Positions 42,028-52,335 are shown, counted from the stretch's first letter. The stretch: DNA of 64,000 bases from Actinomycetota bacterium (GCA_050692555.1 JBOGVS010000010.1:5691-69690), one strand, 5' to 3'. The notes: a model not told the origin generated them from the letters alone. Numbers and translations: made by a program.

Positions 42028-42957
42028 GTGGGGGCTGCCACCAGGGACGCGTTCGGCGAAGCCATCGTTCGCCTGGGAGAGGATCCCCGGGTGGTGGTCC
42101 TCACCGGAGATCTCCGGGACTCCACCCGCACCGAGGACTTCGCCGAGCGGTACGCGGACCGATTCGTGGAGTGCGGCATCGCCGAGGGCAACATGGTGGG
42201 GATCGCCTCGGGCCTGGCGCTTTCGGGGAAGGTCCCGTGGGCCTGCTCGTTCTCGTGCTTCGTCAGCGGCCGCTTCGAGCAGATCCGGGTGTCCGTGGCG
42301 TACCAGGAAGCTAACGTGCGCATCGTGGGAACGCACTCGGGCATCGGCGTCGGGGAGGATGGGTACTCGCAGATGTCCCTCGAGGACATCGCCATGCTCC
42401 GGTCGCTGCCCAACGTGGCCATCGTCAACCCGGCCGACGCCGTGGAGACCGAACGAGCGGTGGAGTATCTCCTGGATCACCAGGGCCCGGCGTTCCTCCG
42501 ACTGACCCGGCAGGGAGTCGAGGACGTCAACGGCGACGGGTACCGCTTCGAGCTGGGAACCGCTGTCCAGCTCCGGGACGGATCCGACGTTGCGCTGGTG
42601 GCCACCGGGGCCACGGTTGGCGAGGCGGTGAAGGCGGCCGCGCTTCTGGCAGAGGAGGGCATCGCGGCCCGGGTGCTCAACGTCCACACGATCAAGCCGC
42701 TCGACCAGGAGGCAGTTCTGGCCGCGGCGGCCGACTGCCGGGCGGTGGTCACGGTGGAAGACCACAGTGCCCACGGCGGCTTGGGCGGGGCGGTGGCCGA
42801 GGTCCTGGCCGCCCGGGGCAACGGGGCGCCGCTGCGCATCATCGGGATGCGCACCTTTGGGGAGTCGGGCAAGCCTCCGGAGCTCTACCAGAAGTTCGGT
42901 TTGGATGCGGGCGGCATCGCCCGGACCGCGCGATCGGCCCTCAAAGCCGAATCGTAA
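42028..42957 (+). CDS. Transketolase, C-terminal subunit
   Basis: ATRDAFG, GIAEGNM, GEDGYSQM, HTIKPLD, VEDH. Confidence 0.93.
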   Translation: MGAATRDAFGEAIVRLGEDPRVVVLTGDLRDSTRTEDFAERYADRFVECGIAEGNMVGIASGLALSGKVPWACSFSCFVSGRFEQIRVSVAYQEANVRIVGTHSGIGVGEDGYSQMSLEDIAMLRSLPNVAIVNPADAVETERAVEYLLDHQGPAFLRLTRQGVEDVNGDGYRFELGTAVQLRDGSDVALVATGATVGEAVKAAALLAEEGIAARVLNVHTIKPLDQEAVLAAAADCRAVVTVEDHSAHGGLGGAVAEVLAARGNGAPLRIIGMRTFGESGKPPELYQKFGLDAGGIARTARSALKAES

Positions 42958-43027
42958 CGTTCAGTTGATTCACTTGACCCAATGGGTCTGCTAGCATGAC
43001 TGGCCGGTCGATGACCGGAACCCCTTC

Positions 43028-43714
43028 ATGATCAAGACCGAGCACATCACCAAGATCTATAAGGACTCCGTCGTCGCCCTCGAAGACGTCAACATCGAGG
43101 TCGAGAAAGGGGAGTTCGTCTTCGTCGTGGGCCCGTCGGGCTCCGGCAAGTCCACGTTCATCCGTTTGCTGCTGAAGGAGGAGGAGCCCACCCGGGGCAA
43201 CATCTTCGTGGCCGGCAAGAACATCGCCACGATGTCGCCGTGGAAGGTTCCCTACCTGCGACGCAACGTCGGCACGGTGTTCCAGGACTTCAAGCTCCTT
43301 CCCGACAAGACGGTGTTCGAGAACGTGGCCTTCGCGCTGGAGGTGATCGGCCAACCCCGTGCGGTGATCGATCGCCGGGTCCCTGAGATCCTCGAACTGG
43401 TCGGACTGGGAGACAAGCTGAACAACTATCCGGAGGAGCTGTCAGGGGGCGAGCAGCAGCGGGTGTCGATCGCCCGCGCCTTCGTCAACCGTCCGCTGAT
43501 CCTGCTGGCCGACGAGCCCACCGGGAACCTCGACCCCTCCACCTCGGTGGACATCATGAAGCTGCTGGACCGGATCAACCGCACCGGGACCACGGTGATC
43601 ATGGCCACCCACGACAACGCCATCGTCGACGCCATGCGGCGTCGTGTGGTGGAGCTGGACAAGGGCTCGGTGGTCCGGGACCAGGCCCGGGGAGTGTACG
43701 GGTATGGGGCGTAG
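43028..43714 (+). CDS. ftsE: Cell division ATP-binding protein FtsE
   Basis: [34 protein letters not shown]. Confidence 0.96.
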   Translation: MIKTEHITKIYKDSVVALEDVNIEVEKGEFVFVVGPSGSGKSTFIRLLLKEEEPTRGNIFVAGKNIATMSPWKVPYLRRNVGTVFQDFKLLPDKTVFENVAFALEVIGQPRAVIDRRVPEILELVGLGDKLNNYPEELSGGEQQRVSIARAFVNRPLILLADEPTGNLDPSTSVDIMKLLDRINRTGTTVIMATHDNAIVDAMRRRVVELDKGSVVRDQARGVYGYGA

Positions 43715-44585
43715 TTGGAGCTACTTCTTCCGGGAGACCGCCGCCGCGCTGCGGCGCAACGCCCTGGTGACCTTCGCGGCGATCTCCACGGTTTTCATCT
43801 CCCTGTTCCTCCTGGGCGGGGCGCTGCTGGTGGAGCGGCAGGTCCGGCTGATGACGGGGGAGTGGGCGTCCCGGGTGGAGGTCTCCGTGTTCCTCCGCGA
43901 CGACGCATCGCCGGAGGAGATCGAGGCACTGGGACGGAGGATCGAGGAGATCCCCGAGGTCCAGGACACGTACTTCGAGAACCGGGAGCAGGCCTACGAG
44001 AACTACCGCGAGCTTTTCAAGGACAACCCCGCGCTGGTGGAGAACGTGGGACCGGAGGCCATGCCCCAGTCCTACCGGATCAAGCTGGTCGATCCGGAGG
44101 ACTTCCCGGTGATCCGGGCCCGGCTGGCCGGTGATCCGGCGATCGACGAGATCAAGGACGAGCAGGCCCTGCTCAAGAAGCTCCTTGCAGTCACCGGCGT
44201 GCTCCGCACCGGGGTCATCGCCGTGGCCGCGATCATGCTGGTGTCCGCGGCCGGCCTGATCGGGAACACCGTGCGGATGGCCGTGTTCGCTCGCCGCAAG
44301 GAGATCGCCATCATGAAGCTGGTGGGCGCGACGAACTGGTTCATCAGGGTGCCGTTCCTGATCGAGGGCGTGGTCGAGGGTCTCCTGGGCGGCGTAACGG
44401 CCGTCCTGGCCATCTTCGCCATGAAGTTCCTGTTCATCGACCCGCTGCGCGGCCAGGTGGCGTTCGTACCCACGTGGATCGGGACCAGCGAGATCCTGAT
44501 CACCGCCCCGATCCTGCTGGGTGCGGGGATCATCATCGCCGCGGTGGCCAGCCTGGTGGCCATGCGGCGGTTCCTCGAAGTCTGA
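43704..44585 (+). CDS. ftsX: Cell division permease FtsX
   Basis: Follows ftsE; [26 protein letters not shown]. Confidence 0.95.
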   Translation: MGRSWSYFFRETAAALRRNALVTFAAISTVFISLFLLGGALLVERQVRLMTGEWASRVEVSVFLRDDASPEEIEALGRRIEEIPEVQDTYFENREQAYENYRELFKDNPALVENVGPEAMPQSYRIKLVDPEDFPVIRARLAGDPAIDEIKDEQALLKKLLAVTGVLRTGVIAVAAIMLVSAAGLIGNTVRMAVFARRKEIAIMKLVGATNWFIRVPFLIEGVVEGLLGGVTAVLAIFAMKFLFIDPLRGQVAFVPTWIGTSEILITAPILLGAGIIIAAVASLVAMRRFLEV

Positions 44586-44662
44586 CCCCGCCCGGGGTGC
44601 TTGTTCGGGCACCAACCGGCCCCTACAATTGTCAGTCCCCCACGTCGGAAAGGATTTCGCGC

Positions 44663-45868
44663 GTGCCCGGGATCATGCGCGGGGCCGCCACCCTCGCGAC
44701 CGCACTGGCGCTGTTGGCTGCTTTCGCTCCACCCACGGGTGCCGAACCGGATCCCGATCGCCTGGAGGAGATCCAGCAGGAGATCGAGGCCAAGGAAGAG
44801 CGCCTCGAGGAGGCGGAGCAGCAGAGCCAGAACATCGAGGAGCAGCTGGACGCCGCTGAGGCCCAGCGCCGATCGCTGACCGCACAGATCGACCTCCTCA
44901 CCACGGACCTCCAGGAAGCCCAGGCGGAGCTGGCCCGGATCCAGGCGGACCTCGAGGCCACCAGGGTCGAGCTTCGCCGGTGGACCACGATGCTCGGCCG
45001 GGCCCGGACTCGCCTCGACGCCCGACAGGCGGTCCTCGACGAACGTGCGGCCACCGCGTACATCGCCGGACCGGCTGTGTACCTCGATGTGCTCCTGGGA
45101 GCGGACGACCTCGCCGACCTGAGTGACCGCGCGACGTACCTGGACAACGTCCTCACCGTGGACTCCGACGCCCTGGTGGGGGTTCAGACCGCCCGGGCAC
45201 TGGTGGCGGACCGGCAGACGCACATCAAGGGCATCGAGGCTCGCCTGGACCACCAGTGGGAGCAGGTGCACGCCCGCACCGAGCGGATCGCCGCCATCCG
45301 GGAGCAGCAGCAGAGCCTCCTGGGCCAGGTGGATCTGGAGATCGCCGTCCAGACCGACCTGTTGGGAGGGCTTGAGGAGGCCCGGGAGCGATACGAAGCG
45401 GCGATCGCCGCACTGGAAGCGGAGTCGGCCCGGATCCGCGGCGTCATCCAGGCCACCGGGTCCGCCGGCACCGGCCAGGTCGGCGGGGCGCTGGCCTGGC
45501 CGTCCTCGGGTCCCATCGTCTCCGGGTTTGGATGGCGCACCCACCCGGTCTACGGGAGCCAGCGATTCCACGCGGGAGTCGACATCGACGGCGCGTGCGG
45601 GCAGCCGATCATCGCCGCGGAGTCGGGGAGCGTGCTGTCCGCGGGTAGCAACGGCGGCTACGGGCTGGCCACGGTGATCGACCACGGGAACGGGCTCTCG
45701 ACGCTGTACGGGCACCAATCCCAGCTCGGTGTGTCGTCCGGACAGAGCGTGAGTCGAGGCCAGCAGATCGGTCTGGTGGGGACCACCGGGCTGTCCACGG
45801 GATGCCACCTCCACTTCGAGGTCCGAGTCAACGGCGAGCCCGTCGACCCCGTTCCGTACCTGACTTAA
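44663..45868 (+). CDS. Coiled-coil M23 peptidase (EnvC/MepM-like)
   Basis: Signal peptide, long coiled coil, FHAGVDID, YGHQS, GLSTGCHLHFEV; GAAAGGA RBS before GTG 44663. Confidence 0.9.
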   Translation: MPGIMRGAATLATALALLAAFAPPTGAEPDPDRLEEIQQEIEAKEERLEEAEQQSQNIEEQLDAAEAQRRSLTAQIDLLTTDLQEAQAELARIQADLEATRVELRRWTTMLGRARTRLDARQAVLDERAATAYIAGPAVYLDVLLGADDLADLSDRATYLDNVLTVDSDALVGVQTARALVADRQTHIKGIEARLDHQWEQVHARTERIAAIREQQQSLLGQVDLEIAVQTDLLGGLEEARERYEAAIAALEAESARIRGVIQATGSAGTGQVGGALAWPSSGPIVSGFGWRTHPVYGSQRFHAGVDIDGACGQPIIAAESGSVLSAGSNGGYGLATVIDHGNGLSTLYGHQSQLGVSSGQSVSRGQQIGLVGTTGLSTGCHLHFEVRVNGEPVDPVPYLT

Positions 45869-45891
45869 CCTCCGGGGTACGCTAAGCGCTC

Positions 45892-47019
45892 GTGAGCAGG
45901 TCCCGCTCCCTTCTCTTCGCTCTGGTGGTGGTGCTCGTCGGCGTCGGAGGCTTCTTCGCCGGCCGGCTGACGGTGGACCAAGCGGTGGAGTTCGAGGAAG
46001 TTGCCACGGCCGCGGAAGGCATCGAGCGGCGGGCGCTGGTCCCACCCACCCGGGAGGACCTGGTCCGGGGAGCGATCCGGGGGATGCTCGAGACCCTCGA
46101 CGACCCCTACGCGGCCATCCTGGGCCCGGAAGAGGCCGCCGCGGCTCGCGACCTGAGCACCGGCTCGTTCGTGGGCATCGGGGCCTTCGTGGAGGGCGGA
46201 CCCGAGGGACTGGTGGTCACCTCGGTGCTGCAAGGGTCGCCGGCAGGGGACGCCGGGATCGTCCCCGGTGACCTGCTGACCACCGTCGACGGCCGCCCGA
46301 TGGCCGGACTCACCGCCGCGCAGGCAGCGCCCATCCTCTCGGGAGCGGAGGGAAGCACCGCACGGCTGGTGATCCGCACCGTGGGGAGCGAGCGTGAGGT
46401 GACCGTGGTGCGAGCCCGGATCTCGTTGTCGGACGTGCAGGCCAGGATGCTCGAGGGCCAGGTGGCGTACGCCCGCGCGCTCCAGTTCGGCGAAGGGGTG
46501 GCCGGGGATCTCCGGCGGCAGATCGGGCGGCTCCTGGACCAGGGGGCCAGGGGGCTGGTGCTCGACCTCCGAGGAAATCCCGGCGGAGTGGTGGACGAGG
46601 CCGTTGCCACGGCCAGCCTGTTCCTGGCCGACGGGTCGGTTGCCAGGATCCAGGAGGCCGGCGAGGAGGAGCAGGACCTTCCCGTGTCCGGCGATCCGCT
46701 GCCCGAGGTTCCCATGGCCGTGGTCGTCGACGGCGGAACGGCCGGCGCCGCGGAGCTGGTGGCCGGTGCTCTGCAGGATCGTGACCGGGCCACGCTGGTC
46801 GGCATCCAGACGTTCGGAAAGGGCTCGGTGCTGGAGGTGCAGGACCTCGAGGCATCGGACGAGGCCATCCGGTTCACCTCCGCCACGTTCCTGACGCCGT
46901 CCGGCGGAAGCATCGAGGGCCGAGGGCTGATCCCCGACGTGGCCCTCCTTCCGGGCGGACCCACCGACGCCCAGGTCGAGCGGGCGGTACAGGTGGTCCT
47001 GGCCCAGCAGACGGCCTGA
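45892..47019 (+). CDS. S41 family (CtpA-like) PDZ peptidase, catalytic Ser apparently replaced by Gly
   Basis: GIG PDZ loop, LDLRGNPGG, TFGKGSV; TAGAAE in place of the SASASE motif. Confidence 0.88.
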   Translation: MSRSRSLLFALVVVLVGVGGFFAGRLTVDQAVEFEEVATAAEGIERRALVPPTREDLVRGAIRGMLETLDDPYAAILGPEEAAAARDLSTGSFVGIGAFVEGGPEGLVVTSVLQGSPAGDAGIVPGDLLTTVDGRPMAGLTAAQAAPILSGAEGSTARLVIRTVGSEREVTVVRARISLSDVQARMLEGQVAYARALQFGEGVAGDLRRQIGRLLDQGARGLVLDLRGNPGGVVDEAVATASLFLADGSVARIQEAGEEEQDLPVSGDPLPEVPMAVVVDGGTAGAAELVAGALQDRDRATLVGIQTFGKGSVLEVQDLEASDEAIRFTSATFLTPSGGSIEGRGLIPDVALLPGGPTDAQVERAVQVVLAQQTA

Positions 47020-47486
47020 TGGCCACCGGCGAGCGGGCCGTGGCCACGAACCGCCGGGCCCGTCACGACTACGAGATCGAGGAGACCTTCGAAGCGGGCA
47101 TGGTCCTTACCGGCTCGGAGGTCAAATCCCTGCGGGCGGGCCAGGCCTCGCTGGCCGAGGCCTACGCGCGGCTGGATGGGGGCGAGGTGTGGGTCGAGAA
47201 CCTCCACATCCCTCCCTACAGCCATGGATCTCCGCAGGAGAGGGACCCTCGACGGCGCCGGAAGCTGCTGCTCCACCGGAAAGAGATCGACCGGCTGGTC
47301 GGGAAGATCCAGGAACGCGGCCTGACCCTGGTTCCCCTCCGCCTGTACTTTCGCCGCGGGCGGGCCAAGATCGAGCTGGGTCTGGGGCGGGGCCGCCGGA
47401 GGTTCGAGAAGCGCCAGGCCATCGCGGAGCGGGAGCATCGGCGGGAGATGGAGCGGGCGGCCTCCCAGCGGCACCGCCGCCGGTAG
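47019..47486 (+). CDS. smpB: SsrA-binding protein
   Basis: NRRARHDY, EAGMVLTGSEVKSLR, RKLLLHRKEI, LVPLRLYF. Confidence 0.97.
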   Translation: MATGERAVATNRRARHDYEIEETFEAGMVLTGSEVKSLRAGQASLAEAYARLDGGEVWVENLHIPPYSHGSPQERDPRRRRKLLLHRKEIDRLVGKIQERGLTLVPLRLYFRRGRAKIELGLGRGRRRFEKRQAIAEREHRREMERAASQRHRRR

Positions 47487-47528
47487 GGACCCCGCGCCGG
47501 GTCTCCTATACTGAAAGGGAACTGAATA

Positions 47529-47877
47529 GGGGGTGACCTGGCTTCGACTTGGGTGATTGCCGCCCGGGGGAAGCGGGCCGAGGTTCCCGGAGTCCTCGTT
47601 AAAGAGCCGGGACCAACACAAGCGCCGACGATTACGCGCTCGCTGCCTAGTTAGCTAGGTAGCCGTCCGCCGTGGCTCGCCTGTGGCCACGGGCCGGACG
47701 TCATCAACAGGCTTACCCGGCAGGGTGCGCCTCGTGCCCCGCCGGGGACATCTCAGCGAGGCTGGTCCGGCGGACCTCCGCCTGTGGGAACCGCCGGACG
47801 AGATCGATCCGCAGGCTGCGCCCGGAGAAGACCCGGACGGTCGCCCGAGGACGCGGGTTCGATTCCCGCCACCTCCA
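47529..47877 (+). ncRNA. ssrA: Transfer-messenger RNA; tag peptide (A)ADDYALAA
   Basis: 5' GGGGGTG pairs with 3' CACCTCC-A; T-arm GCGGGTTCGATTCCCGC; tag ORF GCC GAC GAT TAC GCG CTC GCT GCC TAG at 47624-47650; follows smpB; TATACT -10 at 47507-47512. Confidence 0.96.
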
Positions 47878-47878
47878 C

Positions 47879-47970
47879 GAGCGCCACCGCATCCGTGACA
47901 CGGATCCCCGTCGGCTGAGCCCACATCCACAGTTCGAGATTCTCCGGTCTGTTGTCCTCACGCCATCTCG
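47879..47970 (-). pseudogene. Degenerate C-terminal fragment of an HNH endonuclease abutting the ssrA 3' end
   Basis: Minus strand encodes DNRPENLELWMWAQPTGIRVTDAVA, with DGVR in an adjacent frame just upstream; resembles the NGxRxDNRxENLELW motif of HNH_3-type proteins. Confidence 0.6.
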
Positions 47971-48069
47971 GCTCAAGGAGAACGTGCGACCGCGGCAGCA
48001 TGCCGCCTATGCTCAAGCGCGCGAGGACGAGCGGCGCTGCGGAAGGGCGCGAGGAACAGGGGGACGGAT

Positions 48070-48459
48070 ATGTCCGAGGCGATCGTGTACATGGACACGT
48101 CGGAGGTTCGCCAGGGAGCGCTCGACGAGCTCAAGACGGCCCTCGGAGAGCTGGTCGCTTTCGTCGAAGCGAACGAGCCCCAGCTCATCGCCTACAACGT
48201 CCACCTGAGCGATGACGGCACCCACGTGACCGTCATGCACATGCATCCGGACTCTGCATCGCTCGAGTACCACATGGAGGTTGCTGGCCCGGTATTTCGG
48301 CGGTTCGTGGACCTCGTCACGCTGTCATCGATCGATATCTACGGTAGCCCCAGCGAGAAGGTCCTGAGGCAGTTGCACGAGAAGGCACGGTTGTTGGGAA
48401 GCGGAGCTGTGGTGGTCCATGGGCTCCACGCAGGATTCACCCGTTTCGGGGCCCGCTGA
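48070..48459 (+). CDS. Hypothetical protein, probable dimeric alpha/beta-barrel (ABM-like)
   Basis: Pattern ..VEANEPQLIAYNV..HPDSASLEYHM; clean 129-aa ORF. Confidence 0.65.
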   Translation: MSEAIVYMDTSEVRQGALDELKTALGELVAFVEANEPQLIAYNVHLSDDGTHVTVMHMHPDSASLEYHMEVAGPVFRRFVDLVTLSSIDIYGSPSEKVLRQLHEKARLLGSGAVVVHGLHAGFTRFGAR

Positions 48460-48580
48460 GAAGAGGCCATTCCTCAGCGGATGCACCCACCCTCCCCGTC
48501 GGGTCGGACGTGGGGGCGCATGAGATCGGCCGTCCCCCTGAAGGCTTCAATTCCTCCCCCGATAGGCCGATCCCTCTGAG

Positions 48581-50638
48581 GTGACCGGAACGAGGACCCT
48601 CAGGGGTCGGGGCGCACCGCTGTTCCTCCTGGTGGTATCCGTCCTCCTGGTGGCCGTCAGTCTGGGGTTCGGCTATGCGCAGCAGATCAAGGCGCGGACC
48701 GAGCTCCACACCCATCTGCGGACGGTGGCCCGGGAAGAGACCGTGGCCCTGGCCAACTACTTCGAGCGAGCTCGTTCCATCGTGCTGCTCACCGCCCGGA
48801 ACCCCTCCTTCGCGGATTTCTACGAGGCGCCCGGATCGCGCAGGGCCAAGATCGCCGAGGGTGGTCCGGTGGTCGGGGAGCCGAATCAGGCCCTGGACTA
48901 TCTCCAGGAGCTGTACCCCACCAGCATCGGCGAGTCCTGTTTCATCGACGTCGGGGGCGGGGAGAACTCCCGGGTCGTCCGGGGCGTGTACGCGCAGCCC
49001 GACGAGCTCTCGCCGGACGAGTCCGCGAACCCGTTCTTCGATCCCACCTTCGCCATGGAGGAAGGCCAGGTCTACCAGGCGGAACCATACGTCTCGCCGG
49101 ACACCGGGGAGTGGGTGATCTCCAACTCCACCCCGATGCCCTGGGACGAGGAGCAGGAGCGGGCCATCGTCCACTACGAGGTGACGGTGGAGAGCTTCCG
49201 GATCGAGGCGGAGGGGCTCGCCGAAGACACCGAGGTGGTCGTCCTGGACGAGCGGTCCGGTCAGGTGGTCATCGATTCGAGCCGGCCGCAGGTGAAGGGC
49301 GCCGGGCTGGGACGGGGACCCGACGAGGGGTACGCGGGGATCCTGTCGTCAGGATCGGATTCCGGGCTCACCGAGATCGACGGCGCCGCGGCGGCCTTCC
49401 GTCGCCTTCCGGCGACCGAAGGTAATGCCAACCGGTGGATCGTGGTGGCCACCTCCGAGCATCCCTTCGGTTTCCTGGCGTCGGTGGGGGTCGGTCCCCC
49501 GGGGATGCTCCTGGCCTCGTTGGTCCTCCTCACGGTGGGCATCGGCAACTTCCGCACCGCGCAGCGAGAGCTCACCACGGCCGCGCTGACGGACGGGCTG
49601 ACCGGGCTGGGGAACCGGCGGCAGTTGATGGCGACCCTCGAGGACGCCATCGAGAGCGCCACGCTCGAGCAACCGATCCGAGTGGCGATCTTCGATCTCG
49701 ACGGGTTCAAGAGCTACAACGACGCGTTCGGCCATCCCGCGGGGGACGCCTTGCTCCAACGTCTCAGCAGGAAGCTCAAGGACATGGTGGGGCGTCGCGG
49801 AACCGTGTATCGGCTGGGGGGCGACGAGTTCTGTCTGCTGACCGGGGAGGCCGGGGGCGTCGGCCATGCCCTGGTGGAGGCGGCCTCCATGGCTTTGTCG
49901 GAGCGCGGAGAGGGCTTCATGGTCACCAGCTCGAAGGGTTCGTGCCTGGTGCCGACCGAAGCCCGGGAGGTATCCGAGGCGCTACGCATCGCAGACACCC
50001 GGATGTACGCGGAGAAGCTCATCCGGCGACCCTCGCCCGAGCGCCAGAGCCGGGATGTCCTGCTCCGCGCTCTCCAGGAGCGCTATCCGGAGCTCTCGGC
50101 TCACCTCGAGGCCGTGGGGGAGTACGCCGAGATGGTCGGGCGGCATCTGGGCCTGGAAGGGACGGACCTCGCGAAGGTCCGCCGCGCCGGCGAGCTGCAC
50201 GATGTGGGCAAGGTGGCCATCCCGGACGTGATCCTTCGCAAGCCCGGTCCACTGGACGAGGAGGAGTGGGCGTTCCTACGGCGTCACAGCCTGGTGGGGG
50301 AGCGGATCCTGGAGGCCGCTCCGTCACTCTCGAACGTGGCGAAGCTCGTGCGGGCCCATCACGAGCGGTGGGACGGTTCCGGCTACCCCTCGGGGCTTGC
50401 GGGAGAAGACATCCCTCTCGGCGCTCGCATCGTGGCGGTATGCGACGCGTACCACGCCATGGTGGCGGGCCGAGCCTACCAGCGGGCCAAGACGCACGGG
50501 GAGGCCCTCGCGGAGCTCCGGGAGTTCGCCGGGACCCAGTTCGACGCTTCGGTGGTGGAGGCGTTCTGCGAGATGGTCAACGACGTGCCACCTCCAGATC
50601 ACCTGGACGCGCTGACCCACCGCCACGAGTACGCCTGA
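48581..50638 (+). CDS. Membrane-anchored sensor with GGDEF diguanylate cyclase and HD-GYP phosphodiesterase domains
   Basis: Two TM segments flanking a Cache-like domain; DLDGFKSYNDAFGHPAGD, RLGGDEF; LHDVGK, HHERWDGSGYP, RIVAVCDAYHAM. Confidence 0.93.
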   Translation: MTGTRTLRGRGAPLFLLVVSVLLVAVSLGFGYAQQIKARTELHTHLRTVAREETVALANYFERARSIVLLTARNPSFADFYEAPGSRRAKIAEGGPVVGEPNQALDYLQELYPTSIGESCFIDVGGGENSRVVRGVYAQPDELSPDESANPFFDPTFAMEEGQVYQAEPYVSPDTGEWVISNSTPMPWDEEQERAIVHYEVTVESFRIEAEGLAEDTEVVVLDERSGQVVIDSSRPQVKGAGLGRGPDEGYAGILSSGSDSGLTEIDGAAAAFRRLPATEGNANRWIVVATSEHPFGFLASVGVGPPGMLLASLVLLTVGIGNFRTAQRELTTAALTDGLTGLGNRRQLMATLEDAIESATLEQPIRVAIFDLDGFKSYNDAFGHPAGDALLQRLSRKLKDMVGRRGTVYRLGGDEFCLLTGEAGGVGHALVEAASMALSERGEGFMVTSSKGSCLVPTEAREVSEALRIADTRMYAEKLIRRPSPERQSRDVLLRALQERYPELSAHLEAVGEYAEMVGRHLGLEGTDLAKVRRAGELHDVGKVAIPDVILRKPGPLDEEEWAFLRRHSLVGERILEAAPSLSNVAKLVRAHHERWDGSGYPSGLAGEDIPLGARIVAVCDAYHAMVAGRAYQRAKTHGEALAELREFAGTQFDASVVEAFCEMVNDVPPPDHLDALTHRHEYA

Positions 50639-50642
50639 AGCG

Positions 50643-51479
50643 TCAGTCCCGAGACCCCATCCACGCCTTCCCGGCCCGGTCGAGCTCCCTGGCCGCCTGG
50701 GCCAGCCCCGCCTCGAGGGCCTCCGCTCGCCTACCCGGGTCGAGCGGGTTGGGTCCGATGGCCTCCAGGGCTTCCCGGTCCGGCGAGACGATCACCACAC
50801 TGGCGTCTCCCAGGGCTACGACCTCGTCCTCCAACGAGCCCTCCAGCCCGAGGGTATAGGGGGCCAGGATCGCCACGGGGTTGTAGCCGGCCGCGAGGTC
50901 GGAGTTGTTGATCGAGCGAACGCCTCCGTCCATGTATCGGCGGCCGTCGATGCCGACCGGCGGCCACACCCCCGGTACCGCGCAGCTGGCCGCGACGGCC
51001 TGGACCAACGGGACGCCGGAGTCCCGGTCCCAGACCACGAACCTCCCGTCGCCGGCGTCCACGGCGGTGATCAGGAGCTTGCGCTCCGGCCACTGGTGAC
51101 TTGGCAGGCGCGATGCGATGACTCCTAGTCGCTCGGTCTCGCTCACCCTCGACGACGTGAGGGCCATCTCCCCGATCCGGGCTCGAAGCTCCTGGGGGGT
51201 CCGACCTTTCTTCCTCAGGGCGACGATCGCGGCGACCATCTGCCCGGGGTCGAGCTCAGGGGCGGCCGGCGCCGCCTCGGAGGCACGGCGGGACGCCGCC
51301 ACATCAACGAGGTCGACGCCCGTGGCGATCAGGGCACCCACGAAGGAGCCCGCCGAGGTCCCCACGATGAGGTCGGCGGCCGTGAGATCCACCCCACCGT
51401 CCCGCAAACCCCTGAGGACCCCGAGCTCCCACCAGATCCCGGTGACACCGCCACCGCCGAGGACGAGGGCCCGCTCCAC
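50643..51479 (-). CDS. Patatin-like phospholipase/lipase
   Basis: LGGGGVTG oxyanion loop, GTSAG nucleophile elbow, YMDGG. Confidence 0.93.
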   Translation of the reverse strand: MERALVLGGGGVTGIWWELGVLRGLRDGGVDLTAADLIVGTSAGSFVGALIATGVDLVDVAASRRASEAAPAAPELDPGQMVAAIVALRKKGRTPQELRARIGEMALTSSRVSETERLGVIASRLPSHQWPERKLLITAVDAGDGRFVVWDRDSGVPLVQAVAASCAVPGVWPPVGIDGRRYMDGGVRSINNSDLAAGYNPVAILAPYTLGLEGSLEDEVVALGDASVVIVSPDREALEAIGPNPLDPGRRAEALEAGLAQAARELDRAGKAWMGSRD

Positions 51480-51485
51480 GCTGGC

Positions 51486-52334
51486 TCAGTCGCCCAGGCT
51501 GAGCTCCATGCCTTCGTAGGCCAGGACCGGTTCGGGGCCCGCCCCTTCCCACAGCCCCGTGGCCCGCTCCAGGAGACGCTCGAGGTCATCGTCGGTGTGC
51601 AACGGATCGTGATGGAACATCACCAGCTGCCGGGCCTCCACGATCTGAGCGAACGTCACCACGTGCACCACGCTGGAGTGCCCCCACCCCACTCGCTGCG
51701 TGTATTCCTCTTCGGTGTACTGGGAGTCGTGGAACAGGAGGTCGGCCTGATGGGCCACGGCGTGGCCGCTGATCCACTCCGGCTCCACGGTCCGGAGGTC
51801 CACGCCGAGCGCCGGCTCGTGGTCGGGGATGTAGGCCAGGCTCTGCCCGTTCTCGGAGACACGGAAGCCAACCGTGGGTCCCCGGTGCGAGACGGGACGG
51901 GCCCGGATCAGCGCGTTGCCGATCTTCCAGTCGTCGTCCGGCACGTCGTGGAAGGTCGGCTTCGAGGGGATGTCCGACAAATGGATGGGGAACAGTGGAG
52001 GAGATAGGTACCGGGCGATGCGCCGCTCCAGGCTCCGAAGGGGGGACGGCGGCCCCCAGATGTGGAGGTCCACGTCGGGGCGCCACAGCGGGCCGAAGAA
52101 CCCCAGGCCCTCCAGGTGGTCGAGGTGCAGGTGGGTGAGGAACAGATGGATCGTCCGGGGAAGCTCCTCGTTCAGGGCGATGCCAAGCGGACGGATCCCG
52201 GTGCCCGCGTCGAGGATGATCAGGGACTCGTCATCCAGCCGGAGCTCCACGCACGAGGTGTTGCCTCCGTAGCGAACCGTTTCCGGACCGGGTGACGCCA
52301 GCGAGCCCCGGCATCCCCAGATCCTTGCCTGCAC
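51486..52334 (-). CDS. MBL-fold metallo-hydrolase (phosphodiesterase-like)
   Basis: GTG start; WGCRGS, YGGNTSC, LDAGTG, THLHLDH, DHEP, HDSQY, WGHS, FHHDP. Confidence 0.9.
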   Translation of the reverse strand: MQARIWGCRGSLASPGPETVRYGGNTSCVELRLDDESLIILDAGTGIRPLGIALNEELPRTIHLFLTHLHLDHLEGLGFFGPLWRPDVDLHIWGPPSPLRSLERRIARYLSPPLFPIHLSDIPSKPTFHDVPDDDWKIGNALIRARPVSHRGPTVGFRVSENGQSLAYIPDHEPALGVDLRTVEPEWISGHAVAHQADLLFHDSQYTEEEYTQRVGWGHSSVVHVVTFAQIVEARQLVMFHHDPLHTDDDLERLLERATGLWEGAGPEPVLAYEGMELSLGD

Positions 52335-52335
52335 G

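Noticed and set aside
41182-42957. Split transketolase as a frameshifted pseudogene
   Set aside because: Two-subunit transketolases are a common architecture; each half has its own start and a clean stop.
50643-52334. Patatin plus nuclease-like MBL as a CBASS or other anti-phage system
   Set aside because: No CD-NTase, Cap2/Cap3 or other defence hallmark in the block; the E1/JAMM genes nearby belong to the CysO pathway.
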